From the NCBI GenBank assembly GCA_965285935.1, contig OZ260661.1, forward strand, positions 61,070,001-61,134,000: a stretch of DNA of 64,000 nt, in the 5' to 3' direction. Under the pieces are notes generated by a model. That model searched no databases, was not told the origin of the DNA, and saw only the letters and a list, made by a program, of their open reading frames with translations. The stretch comes from Ophelia neglecta (Eukaryota). This document shows, piece after piece, positions 13,746-27,138 of the stretch. Position numbers and translations under genes: made by a program. Numbering within the stretch: the first letter of the stretch is position 1; every line of letters begins with the position of its first letter.

Positions 13746-14287
13746 TATACTCAATGGCGTGCATGCTGTCTTGTTGGAAGGGTTACATGGGTTTAGCCTG
13801 ATAGGTCATGCATGCTGTTACTTGTGAGCATGCAGCCCCTTATGCACTCTCAAAATATGGCCCCGTTGTAATGAGATAGCCCAAAGCTCAGAAGAAGCCA
13901 CTCTTTCATTGGCTAGCGTGCCATAAACTTAATTAGGGGAAAATGTATTCAGCAAGGGGGAAATTTAATGGCGTGCGATGTCAATACACGCACCTTGATC
14001 CAACCTTCTTATCAATAAATGTCATTCTCATGGCAAACAATCTGATGAATGAAATGGGGATACTGCAAGAGTAAGCTAAGCAGCGGGTCTACGCCAATAT
14101 AGTCCAACCGTGGCGGCAAATGGCTAAAATGTTATAAGCTTGGGAGATGTTTGTGCAAGCAGGGTGCAACGGAGGCAGGCTGCCCATCGCACTCGTGCAC
14201 CATGCATCTGCCGTAGTCCACATTGTACTACAAGCAACAAATCACCAGCGGCCCGTTATGAATGGGTAGAAAAAAGTCGAGGCTTAC

Positions 14288-14318
14288 CTTACTGACTGAG
14301 TCTGGATTCTCGACTCAT
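14288..14318 (-). other. Candidate 31-nt 5'UTR microexon (or 3' end of first exon) of Post2 containing uORF MSRESRLSQ*
   Basis: ctttgttctttctttccag|ATGAGTCGAGAATCCAGACTCAGTCAGTAAG|gtaagcc: a strong acceptor and a consensus AAG|GTAAG donor, 566 nt upstream of the 13722 acceptor. Confidence 0.55.
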
Positions 14319-14439
14319 CTGGAAAGAAAGAACAAAGTGTCACTGATCCAAGAGACTATTTCCTATACTATACACAGTCCACTACGTCCCATCTGTACAT
14401 TTGACACGCACCGTGTGACCCTCGCCGGCCACTTGTCCG

Positions 14440-14535
14440 GAACTACTTTTACGAGCTAAAACAACAAGTCACGTGCGAATCTCGTCCAATAAGCTTGGAT
14501 GTACTGCATAAATGAAGCGTCATAGCAAATAAGTC
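14440..14535 (-). promoter_or_regulatory. Candidate proximal Post2 promoter/enhancer
   Basis: Clustered CCAAT (14486-14490), E-box GTCACGTG (14468-14475), posterior-Hox/Cdx-type CTCGTAAAA (14455..14447) and GCATAAATGAA element (14506), directly upstream of the 14288 donor. Confidence 0.45.
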
Positions 14536-16294
14536 AAAGATATTCCGTTAAAACTTCGATAGTTATCGGTTAAAGTGTATGGCTACAACAAAGTAAGAAT
14601 GAGCGAGAGACTCCGGGATGATCCTTGGAAGTGTGCACGCTCTTGAAGACAGGACTGCAAAGCGTGTAGAGCCATTCTGCTGTCAGATTATACCCGCGGC
14701 CGGGACTACTTTCGGAAAGAGGCGGTCCTCTACATAAACATGAGCACGTTGTGTTATCATATAGATAGCTCTCTGTTTACAACTGAGCTTCGTGAGCAAT
14801 GAAGGCACCGCGACTCGCCATGCATACTAATTCCTGCTCAAGAAGGCCTAACAATCTCTACCTTTCAAGGACGACATTATTCTAAATCTTAAAGGGAAGC
14901 TGATACTCCCCTAACATTAATTATACAGTGGGAAAGTCTAGCTATCCTCGGACAGCGGGGCTCTGTTGACAGTTGGCTTCTGGCCGCTGAGGTGATAGGC
15001 AATGTTGTTTTGAAACAGAGCCACGTGTCTGCCTGAGAGAAATAGTTCCTCCTAGATGGCACTGCGATGAAGTCTTCCCAGGCTGATGCAGATATCGGAA
15101 CTGATAACTGAACTCTACCTGTCAAATCTATACAAGGGCCAGGAATGTTCGAAGGTCGTATATTGTGTCAATGGTTACAAGTGACCCATTTCAAACTTTA
15201 ACTTATGCTTGAGCCATATGTTTTCAGCCTCGTGAGGTTAAATCAGATGCCAAGACAGGGCAATCTATTAATCATCTGAAACGCAATAAAGGTGACACCT
15301 TCTTTTCACATGTTGAATCGGGTTCCATGTACCACCCAGGCCACTCGAATCAGAAAAGATGAAAAGCTTACGCCAGTAAGACAGTAATTATCAGAGATAC
15401 CCCAGCTGAATGATTACAATGTTAAATTTCGACCTTGTGGCCTCTCACTCTGGCGTCAAGAAGCCTCGTATATCTGGAGTATTGTCAGACTTCATGATAC
15501 GGCTATTTACTCAGTCTCGATTGGTAGAGATTTATGTTGAATGCTGTAAGAAATCATGGCAACGATGTAGATTTTGTCAAGATATCACAGAAAGGGCTTC
15601 CCTAGTTCATTTAGGTCAGGTTTATATGTGTACACGGTAACTAGCAAAAATGCTTGCTCAACCGACTCGGGTCCCGGGAGCTTAGGTCCTCAAATTATCA
15701 ATTCAACAGGACTGGTCAAACACCTTTCGGCCTAGATGACATTTGCGAAAGCCCGGTTTTCATGTTCCCGGGGGTGGGGGTGGGGGATTAATACCAATAC
15801 CATAATCTCACTTGCGTTGTGCTGAAGCCAAAAAGAAAGCGCGCGGGTTAGAGCCATTGAACAATTAAACAATATTCTTCCTAACAGGCCTAGGTGATGC
15901 CGAAACGTCTGTTCAGCGCGTAAGGAATATATGCACGCTTGAAAATATATATCTAAACTTGAAATGGTATACTTAAAAATCACTTATAAATCTTGGCATT
16001 AATTGAATGGTGGTTTCTTTCTTCAAGTTTTCCAAATGTAATGGAAAACTTGTTTCCCCTTCCATTCCCTCTTTCCCCTTCGAATGCACATGGCAGAGTA
16101 AAGTTGTATTGGCGACCAAATTTCCTAGAAATATGTGTCCAATGAGCCTAGTAAACGCCTCCCAGGATCCCAGAAAACCACATTTGCCGCCACAAAATGA
16201 TGACCGTGCGCGCGCCGCAGAATTTCCCATCGGTCTCGTACAAGAGTGGTTACCATGGTAGCGCAAAGCTCCAAGCATGACTAATGAATACGCC

Positions 16295-16440
16295 TGCAGT
16301 CCATAAATCAGCGTATCGCCTGCTTCAGCGAGCCGGGCTAAGTGTTGCGCATGCGTGCTCTGTATGACCTATGAACTTTCCTGGGTGACCTTGGTCAGGC
16401 GAACCGCGAAACAGGGTCGCCAATGGGGGCGCTCTAGTGC
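16295..16440. promoter_or_regulatory. Dense candidate cis-regulatory module ~2.6 kb upstream of the Post2 ATG
   Basis: Pbx/Exd-Hox composite TGATTTATGG (16310..16301), NRF1-like TGCGCATGCG (16346), nuclear-receptor DR1 AGTTCA-T-AGGTCA (16377..16365), TGACCTTGGTCA (16386-16397) and CTCF-like CGCCAATGGGGGCGCTC (16418-16434), all in a locally GC-rich island. Confidence 0.5.
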
Positions 16441-19400
16441 TTTATGCTGGCTGAATAAACATGCTGACTCGTTTTACCTCTGATACTGCAAGATAGAGTG
16501 TCCAATGTTTCAAGTTAAGAAGAAAACATACGTGAATTTGACTACATTGCAGTGTTGCTTGCACCATTGCCAGGCACTATTCGATTTGTGAATCTTAGTC
16601 TGCGATGCAAATTTCAAAGCCTTTCAAGTACCACGTGCAACTTATTCCTTTCACTGCAGGGAGTAGTCCTTCATGAAATAGGACATAGCCAAATGACAAT
16701 TAAACAGCATAAATGAAACGTCATAGAAAATAACAAGTAAACAAACATACATTTTGTCACTAGTTCTAAACTTAGCATGGTCACTAACTTTATTTCACTT
16801 GCCCGGATCGAACTTCATACGGATGCCCGTCGCAATGAGAGGTCAAGTCTCAGGTCACGTGGTATATTTTCATCCTGGCATTTGACCTTTGCTTTTGTCC
16901 CTTGAATTATCATTTCTTATGGGCCTAGTTCTTTACTCCGTCGAGGGATTATGTAAATAATTCGATAGTGGCTAAATTTGAGTATATTTTAAGTCCATCC
17001 CGAATGCTACAATATGAAACCTTTGCCCTATGTTTTATTTGAATGGACTCGGAAAAATATCTAGCACAATTTCGTTAAATATTGTCAATTTGGTGAATTA
17101 GGCCTATTACAAATTAGAATTACTCGTCCTCAATATGTCATTATTAGCCCTGATGGCGCACGAGTGCTGCCATGTTTCCTCTGTGTTTATATCAATATGA
17201 TATTGGTTCCTCCACGCCCGGTATGTGTAGATATGGTCTTGTGAGGAGGTATCACCATACTAGTCATTTTTCAGTAATACTCTCGAGCAATCTTTGATGT
17301 CTGGCACTGAGTACCATTTAAAGAGCGAACAGTCAACAATACCTAGGGCGTTTAATTGGATATAATTGCCGATATGCTGTCCTATCGGCCATTAATAATT
17401 CTCAGAGGTCGTATGTGTTGTTACAGGGCGAACATCGAGGGCGGTACAAAATGGCGGATAAGGTGGGACGCATATTTCTCTTTGTGCACATTTCTTTGCA
17501 GTATTTTTCGCTGAGGCATTGAAATAAGATTCCTCGATATATTCTAACCAATACTGTTTAATATTAGTTCTTCCGTTGCAAATTTATTATTAAATATACA
17601 ATGTGGTACGTGTCTACCATAATGAAACATTCTGGCACTATTGCTGAAGCGGACGCCGGCATGCGGCTGGCACTCCCCGCCTTTCTTATTCGCACTGTGA
17701 TTTTCTTGAACAAATGTTAATTTGCCGGGCATTTTCGAATATTAGGATTTGTCCAAAAATAACCCTAAGATTAACGTGAGACAATATTCGCCTATTTTAA
17801 CTAAATATAATAATTTAGGTTTGGAGATTGGCAAAATAGATGAGCAAGTTAAACCAAATGTCGGCAACATGGTTACCCTGATATGATGATGGGTAACTAA
17901 TGCCAAGCTGACCCAAATACAGAGTCACAAAATCTCCTCGGAATTATACACTAATAATACTGCCGTTCGCGTTTCTTAATCGGCAACTTAGGTAAATACT
18001 AACCTCCTTGTGAACGGCAACATACTTTAAATCGTTCAGTGCAAAATGTGAACGAACTAATAACCTTACGAACAAAATGAATTGTATAAATAAAAATTAA
18101 ATAAATTGGTAACTATTCTTAAACCACTTTTATAACTCATTTAATATAATTTGTAATTTCAAATATAAAGCCGCGTGTGAGATTACAGGCACGCTTGCCT
18201 CCATCGAGATCCCCTTTGTGCTGTTTTTTGGTTTCAAACTTTTTACATTGGCACGAGCAACCAGACTCGATCACAAGGAAGACATTATTGATAGCATCGC
18301 GAACAGGCTTTCCTTTTAATCATTTATAAATCAAGCCACCGGTAGACTCGATATTGGCTCCGACTATTCCTCATATTGATGTGTCTGCTTTCTTTTCAAT
18401 TATGTGAAGTCTAGGACGCCCTTTCCGATTTTTCACCTGATAGTTACATCCGCCACCCATCCCTAAAACACCGCCACAACATGTCGTTATGTCATGACAT
18501 TGGGTGTCATGCATTAATAAACCGAAGAAATACGAAGCGGAAATATAGTATAAAAGGTGATAAATTGTTGGACATCTCATAACGAAATACAAGCTCTTCA
18601 CGCCATGGAGAGTCATTGCAACATGACACGCGAAATCAATGACCAGCCCGCGTGCGTTCCCAGGCCACAGACATCTTATATTGTCACTTCGCCCGTTTCT
18701 CGCTTGTATTAATCTGTAAAAATTTCATCAACAGGGCAAAAAATCGATGATGTGATTCATAAATGATTCATTTATGCATATTTATGCATGTTTAGAAAAC
18801 TGCCTGATATATTTCTTCTTGAGCATTTTTCCTAAGTACATGCGGAATCCGACTATGTATTTTTCTTAAGTTTGATTATAATAAATTGCCATCTGCGGCC
18901 TTAACAATTTAATAATGTCCAAACCCGTCAAAGTCATGATGCTTTTTGGTCGGTGAATCATCGAGAATTAGCTATTACGATTTCAACTTTTTAAATGTAA
19001 TTCTTTACTGGGGGTGTATATAGTATATGTCCAGACACAGAACTCCTCATGATTTGATTGGCCTATAGGCCTAGGCCAAAGCTTAGATGTATATCGTGGC
19101 CAAATTGTAGATTTAAAAAATAATATTTCATGGCTAGAAATGCCGAGTCAGTTATTACAAAAAAGGCGTTGAACTGATTTTTCTGTTCAACTTTTTCTTT
19201 CTATGGCACAACACCCAATATATTTTCAGTTCTTGTCATCATTTATGTATCATGTAATGTGTGTTCAGAAAAATATTATTTGTAGACGTCCTGTGCGTGC
19301 GTCTTGATACAAGTTTATGTGAAGGACAGGCCATCACAGAGCCAATAAATTAATTTTCCCGCCCGCCTTAGAATCAACCTAGGCAGGCTAGCTTCTAGCT

Positions 19401-22400
19401 TCTAACGGAAGACATCAACAGACAGGTCTTGAAATATTCATGTCTTCGTCTCCCGAGATTTCTCTCGTATAAGATGGAAAATTGGCCTATAAGTCGCTGG
19501 ATTCAAGGGCAAGACCTGAGCATAAGGCATCCGACATCCGTTGTGAGGTCTCTTTATGAAGGAAACTGACACTGAAATTTATATTGCATGAGACTTAATG
19601 TCTCACCGGCTAGATGTGGCTTGACATCGGCTCGTAAATCGCCTGACCCCTCAGCAAACAGATCCCCTCGCCTTTCCTATAATTCCGTGTGCCTGGCATG
19701 CGATATTTTGCTGGTCAATGGGTCCTAAACATGTCGGTTGTCACACAATGCAGAGGTTGGGGTTTAAAATAAAGAAAATATTAGCGAAGAAAATTAAGCC
19801 TGCTGAAAACTAGATATATACTCGTTCTTTCTGGTCAGGTGATTGTGGCTTTTATATTTTAATATTGTTAATATAACGGCTTAGCCAAGACATATTTAAC
19901 GAATTCAACGAATACAGTTGTAATAGGCTTATCGGTATTTTGTTTAGGTAGGTATAGGCGCGACAAGTTAAAAAACAGCACTTGTGGCTGTCTAACAAAT
20001 CCTTGTTGATCGATACTTCACGTATTCGCCAGAACAGTTTGTACCTTATCAAGGGGAAAATGATCTTAAATTCACGCCACTTTCTCCTAAAGATAGGCAT
20101 ACTTCATATATTGATATCAAATTGTGCAATGCAATGTCCCAAGATAGGATTCTTTTACAACAAACAATTGAACATTAGCTTCAAACTTTTAGCCAATATT
20201 GAGTAATTATAAGATGACCGCGCTACATTTATGTGGTAGTCAAAAGGCCTTACTGCGCTAAACCCGGTAACAAAAAAAAGCATTCTCGTCTCGCCCAGAG
20301 TCGGTCAATTCAGGGGAATTTTATTTCGTTTGCTTTCGCCACTTGAGATTTGTTCAAAGGCCGAGCACAGTTGTTTTCTGTCTTCTTAATACCGGCCGAG
20401 TTCCAACCCTCATGACAGGGCGCACAGTTTATATATATTGGCCGGCCTTTGAACAGCCTGAACATTCGTAAATATTGCTCGGTCTTATCGACCGAGATTC
20501 TGCCCAGCATTCTTGAATTCTTAGACACTCCAGTAAATGTCGCCATCCATCTTCTCAAATGCCCCTTAGGACATACGATGGTTTAAAAATGGTACCAATA
20601 AACGAGCACAGGGCAAGCAGAAAATCTAGCTACCCTGGGCCGACTGGGTAAGGATACAATTATCACAATCGCTAGTATCCGTTCCGAGTGTCGGCGTGGC
20701 TCGAGTCCTCCTATAATTCAAGCCGGCCACTTGGGAGGAAAACAAAAACTAAAACTTTACAAGGGCTTGACTTTCTCTTGTTATATGCTTCAGTATTTTA
20801 GCCGAAAGTGACTTGGAAGAAATACAATTCACAGGCCGAATTTTTAGAGGCGCCCGATATGGGACAGTTTGCCTTTCGGGCAAAAGCGATCTCGGCTTGT
20901 CTCGTGCTTGAATAGAAAATATTCAGTAGAATGGTGTTTATTTCATAGTTAAAAATTTAAATCTTAAACTGAAAAAGAAAAATTCGTTAGATTGAAACCA
21001 CAACTATATAATAATCATTGGGTTTTTTAAATGCCTGGACAGCTTGGATTATATAGGCCTATGTCCCAATATCACATGACTCCTACAGCCGGCGGTGAAA
21101 AAGTAGGACTGGAGCATTTCCACAGAAACAATAAAGAGCATGAATCAACAGAAAAGAAATTGATCACCTCTTTAATATGAATTAGAGGACTGTGTGAACC
21201 AGCTGCTCTGTAATAATCATAAATAAGTTTGCAACAGAGAATCTCATCTTTACAATGGCGGTTACACTCTGTTCTGTGATGACAGTGACATTCTACCAGC
21301 TGTAGCGTGCACAGTTCCTCCTGGCTCCTTTCAATTTATGTTTTAAAACACAAAGTGGGCAATAGGAAAACAGGCAAGATACAAATTGTAATTTTTGTTT
21401 CTTCTGATACAGTGGCATCCACACGCCTGCAGTCCTATAAGCATATGAGTCATGTTTTAGTTGTAAATACACCCAACAAAACCCGGGCTCGGCCTGCAGG
21501 TGGACGGGCGCGCATGTCGGCAATTGTCTTCTCGGGTGATATATGTTTAAATGTTAGAGACTAAACTAACTAGTCGTGTTAAATAAACACTTCCCAAACG
21601 ATTTTAATATTTACGAATACGCGGAATGCACTAAATAAAAGATTGTTGAGTGAAAACAGCATTGAGAAATAGAGAAATATGTGCCAATAAAATTGAAAAT
21701 TAAAAGCTGATCCACAGGTTTAGCGCAAAATCAAATAACACTGCTGCACTTGTCCGTTAGCTGACAACTTTGCTACAGGCCTACCATGGATTTGAAAGAA
21801 GTCATGTGTTTGCCCAATTACAATATTTAGGGCTTGTAAAATCCTACATAAACGTGATGAAATCATTTCATAACAAATAATAAAAACCATTCTTTGCTGC
21901 CTTTTATGCGAGACTTATACCCTTTATATCGCTAGTTTGGCACAAATGCCTGCTGGAACAGTGTAACTCGCTATTTCAATTGTCATTTAATGGTAGAATG
22001 AAATTAAGATTACAGTCTTTCCTAACAGTAGCAAGGAATAAAATAGTAGTTATTCTAGCGACTAGCAGAGCAGCACATACATGTCAATGTCTCGCTAGAC
22101 GAGCACTTAGGCTGTTAACTAACAATAATAATATTACAACCATAGCACGGCGATTCCACAAATCTAAATGCCACTTACCTATATGTGGTGCTCTCTTTGG
22201 CAGTGGTTTTATATCTCCCAATGTGTCTATTGTATAAAAACAGCAAACAGCATCGGGTGTAGCTCGGAGCTTTATCTGGCTAAATCTAACTTTCATCTCA
22301 TGTACCCACAAGGTTATAAACATTTTCAGCTACCATTATAAACTTTCTAGCTCCTCGAAAGCACGTGCTCTGACCACTTTGAATCTGATATTTTTCACCT

Positions 22401-24677
22401 CGCGGGGTATTTTTTCATATAATTTCGTTTGACTCTGTTCACTCGAGAGCTTTTTGTCTTTGAGCAAACTTTCACCGAGGACACAATATTAGCTTTACGA
22501 TCCAAGCATCAAAAGAAACGCCACTCCGCGGTGAAGAGTTACGAAATATTCTTCGGCGAAATTATCCTCTTCAGATGACTATAACCTGAGATGAGAGTGT
22601 TTGTTTTCGTAGGCAAGCAACAATATTACTTTGCCCGGCTACCTACACAAGGTTCATTCCGGCAGGTAATATTTGCCTGGGTAATTCTACACAATTTGGC
22701 ATCGAAAGTCGAGGACACTGGTGTTTGCGGAGCCACCTCCTCCTCGTTTTCTCATCCAGTCTACCCCATTATGCCTACTGCGATGTCTAGAGATATGGCA
22801 GCAATCTTTTTGTTGAAGCAAGTAGTCTTGAGTTTGCATGTGAAATCTCCCGACGTGCACATTCATATTGCACATTGTAGAGGAACATGTCTCCCTAACA
22901 CCCAGACAGCCCAGGAATATGTCCGGATTGCATGTCACAGGGTACAGACCCATTCCTGTGAAACGGCTTTGACTTTTCATTCAAACGAAACCGAACAGCT
23001 TGCACACCATAAAATAATTATCAGGCCAACTACAGACTCTCGGCCGGGTTTTAACAACGCACTAACACAGTGCAGGCATGTATACCAACGGGGAGACAAT
23101 TGAAATATGACTTCATAATGCTTCACTTATTTGTATTATTCGAAAAAATTGTATAAATTATACAAAGCCATAACGACCATATGTGCACAATTCTTGTTCA
23201 GTGAAATATATTCTAAAAGTATTCTACACAAGTCAACAATAGGCCCACATCACAATGATTTACCAATAAACAGCACAAACGAAATCTGTGGGGATACCCT
23301 ACAGGCCTAAGTATCAATACCGATCGTAGGTTGAAACATGTCTCAGACTATTAATAATAAGAAAAAACAGGTTAATAAAACCTCTATAGGTGCCTTTCTA
23401 TATATTCGCTCATATCGCCAGTTTTTCCCAAGCTTCACTATGACTGTAACTTTCCTACACCTAATACTTGAAGAACTAATCGAATATTAATCGCAATGTA
23501 AAGTTTCGATAAAAAAGCAATTAAAATAATGGATAAATGAATTCAAGTTGTATTATATAACCTGCAGGCTGCTGCTAAAAAAACAACCATTAAACAGCAT
23601 AGCATGTAAAGTGGCCGAGTTATATTAATAGGCATAGGCATATACCGCCAAGAATTAATTAATAACTGATACTAAAATATGTTGATTCTACGATTTGAAA
23701 TTGGCCTTATTAATCGCATTTCAATTGTTTTATTAAGAGACCCGAGTAGCTGTGATCGATGGCGATGGTAGGTAAAATGAATAAAAAATTTGTTATAAAT
23801 CTAATATATAAAATCAAATCGCTTAGGCCGGGCCCTTGCCGCTGGGTAATCGGCCGCTCTGACAGCTATAGGACCACTTAGAGTCAATATTAAATCACAA
23901 ATTAATTGTCAGTATAAACATAATCATTTTTAACAATTGTAGAACTGTAGGCCTATAATTCCTAGTTTGCTTTCTAATACAGAATTCAAAAGCGGGCACT
24001 GAAAAACAACCAGAACCCCCGGGGTTTTGACAGTTATATATCCGCTGTTTCCAGTATAGACAAAGATAACTCATTTCATAGCCAAATATTATCATTGATG
24101 ACATTTTTATAGAGTAGAATGTATATATTTCATGTTTAGATGTAAGGCATTAGATGATCCTATTGAGCGATAACTGATCAATATTTTAAAGGAGAAATAT
24201 GACAGCAAAAATACAGTCTTCGATGAATCATGGATGACCTGGATTTAAACATAATTTGCGATTCCTTGATACACGTAGGCATATAATTAAGGAGGAGAAA
24301 CGTATGTGATTTGAAAAAAAGGCCTATATTTATTGAAAAATGTACGCATAATCTACTTAGTTGTTTTACACCTTCAGAAACACAAGCAACTAAAAGCCTA
24401 AAGATGCTTTCTCGGATTCTTTATATGAAAGACCTTTTCTCAGCCACGAAGCCCTATAGGCATATACAAGGAACTAGCTATTCGTAAATTGCATTGTTAT
24501 CGCTATGATATAACGCTCGGATAGTTCCGATTTTATGGAGTTATAATATACATGAAACTATTGATTTTTAATGGAGCATTTGGGCGTATATACATGTGAT
24601 ATCGGGGGTAAACGGCTCATATTTTTCTCAATCTGCAATTTGCGGTTTGCTGGCACCGATCCAGGTCAGCATCTCAC

Positions 24678-25100
24678 GTCAAGATGGCGGTTCCTGTGCT
24701 AGAAGCAATGCTGTTTATCCAGGCTATTTATAATATACTTAGTAAGGGATCGATTTGGGTCTCCCTCCAGGCCAGTGGTGGTAGAGTTTTTAAGTTACGC
24801 CTGCATGGGACGCCACAGTTACACAAGGGGTCAAGTAGTGCATCTCCGGTGCTATATTTAATGCTTCGACTGTATCACTCTCCCGGTAGCAGTTTTATAT
24901 TTCTAGTTCTATAGCCATTCATTAAAGGACGGCCTTCAGCTGTGTCAGTGTTCAGTCGGAACTAGCAGTCACTAGGCTAGGCTAGGCGAATTCAGTCGCC
25001 AGAGCACCCTAGGATAACAGTAGTCCGTCCTGCTCCCATTGACCACCATGGGGTATTTTGTGTAACCAGCCAGGAAAATGTCATAAAGTAACCAATATCT
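24678..25100 (-). promoter_or_regulatory. Candidate distal TATA promoter and non-coding first exon in Post2 orientation
   Basis: Minus-strand TATAAAA at 24899..24893, Inr-like ACAGTC with A at 24871 (28 nt downstream), YY1 motif CAAGATGGCGG (24680-24690) and donor GAC|GTGAGA at 24677. CCAAT and TTTATGAC sites lie near 25080-25096. Confidence 0.35.
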
Positions 25101-27104
25101 TTAAAACAGCACATCTGCTTTATAGTTGGACTTCTTCCCGGCATTGTTTTCTTATGCATGCTTTATTGACCCACGGGTCATGAAATGGAATGGAGCCATA
25201 CAAAATTCATGGGCTTTGCTAAGAAACGCTTCGGAGGGGCAATGTTGTGAACACCTGCAATGGTCAGTCCCTCATTATCGCCCAAACTATTAATGCCTTT
25301 CGACTCAGACGCCAATCACAGTCTCCATTGTCTCACAGTGATGTATATTTATTTATCTCTTAATATCGCTCAAAGTCCTGTGACATGATTAGAAAAGTTA
25401 ATCAATTCTCATGGAAGGGGCACCTGTTAATTACGCGGACAGGAGAGTCTGTTAACGAAAGCTATAAGAGAGTGTGACATGATTATCTAATAGGCGCTCG
25501 TTGTTCACCATTAAAAACGGCGTGAGGTGGTAGAACTTTATAACAAGGGAGAGGTGTTGGACTCGAATGAGCTTTAAATAATATTTCTTGTCTGAATTAG
25601 GCAAAAACTCAAAACAAAGAGTCGCCATTTCTAATTAACCCCGACGTTTATCAGTGGAGTTCTTCGATTGTGTCATATTCATTAATGTTTGTGTAACCCT
25701 TGGGCACGACTATTATAACTAATAGACATAAACTAACAAATGTATATGTTTTAAAAGGCCACAGAGTAATTGAATTCTGGATAAATGAACTTGCAGGTGA
25801 CAAATCTATTTCAACACAGTAATGAGCACCTTGGGAGCCATGTTATTATTTGCCACGTAATAAACCTAACGGAGCACCATTTTAACTAGACAACAGTGAT
25901 CTGCAAGGCTGGCGAAACAATAACCTTGTGAATCCCACTCGGTTTTCGGTTATTTATATATATATAGATAGTAGATTTGTTTGTTTTGGACCAGCAATGT
26001 TTTTGTATATTGGAGAAATAGAGAGAAATAGAGACGGTCATTGAGATGGTGGTTGTAATGGTACGAACCATAATGAAATTCCCTGACAGAAAGTTAACTC
26101 GATCGAAGAATAGTCACAAGACAACCAGCTGTGGATTCGTACGGAACTTTGCTTTATTCATATGAAAGGAAAACCCCAGAAGAAAACGTATTTGGGTGGT
26201 ACCCCCTCCCCCCCCCCCCAACCCATCCCATCACATCACACCCCATTCCTACCCCCGTCCCAGTAAGATAGGTATGTTTTTCATGTTACAGGAAGTATGA
26301 AAAAGACCACTTGGAACGAATAGTACGTGGAAGAGAGATGGTTAAGCAATTATAAGCTTTTACCGGAATATTTTTACCTAGTGTATACCACCTCCAGCGG
26401 TAGGCCTATATCATGGCAAGTTTCCTTTTCTCTGTTTGCAGTACTATTGAGCGCTGGGCTGCTCTGCGCTGCGCGAGAACACTAGAATAACCCTGACGTA
26501 ACCCACGTCACACTGCCTGCTTCCCAATTCAGGCCAGCGGAAGCAGCGCCAAACCAAACGACACAGCGGCACAACGCCGAATATAGAACACCCACTTCTT
26601 TTGTGGCACCATCGGACACAATGCAGTTGGTTTTATCAGTATATGACGTAATGTACATGTATAAACTACTGTGCCATTATTAATGAAAGTATTGCCAATT
26701 GTATCAATTATGTTTATATATAATAAATATAGAAACATATACATTAAAGATACATAGAACCACACATAAAACACATTAAAACCCTCACATATCTTCATTT
26801 CTAATATGTACCTTAACGGGTGCGTCTCGTTTAAATTTAGATTAGAAGTACCAAATATGCGCACGCGAGATAGGCCTATTTGTTTGGTTTGTGTTTAAAC
26901 ATACATCTTAATATATTTACATGCACGGACACACGTACATGTAATTTTCTTGTAGAATCAAGAACACGCATACCGAACAAAAAGGTTTGACTCTACTCAG
27001 ACATAATACATCTCTGTGCACAAAAACGGCAACAGACTTAAAACTGCATATCTCAGCATTATCTACTGGGCATGCGTGTCTCTTATTAAAAGTTTATTTT
27101 AAAC

Positions 27105-27137
<33 letters not shown>
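27105..27137. repeat. (TA)n microsatellite
   Basis: atatatatatataaatatatatatatatatat. Confidence 0.85.

Positions 27138-27138
<1 letters not shown>

Noticed and set aside
13707-13754. N-terminal extension MSIADLVHFFQCIGGA of the 180-aa ORF
   Set aside because: It starts at a TTG and runs through a polypyrimidine tract and CAG acceptor, so it is intron plus 5'UTR rather than coding. The ORF's tail GRCCSL is read-through past the donor at 13231.
22591-23103. 170-aa ORF (and overlapping 97-aa minus ORF)
   Set aside because: No recognisable domain or exon structure; the length is compatible with chance.
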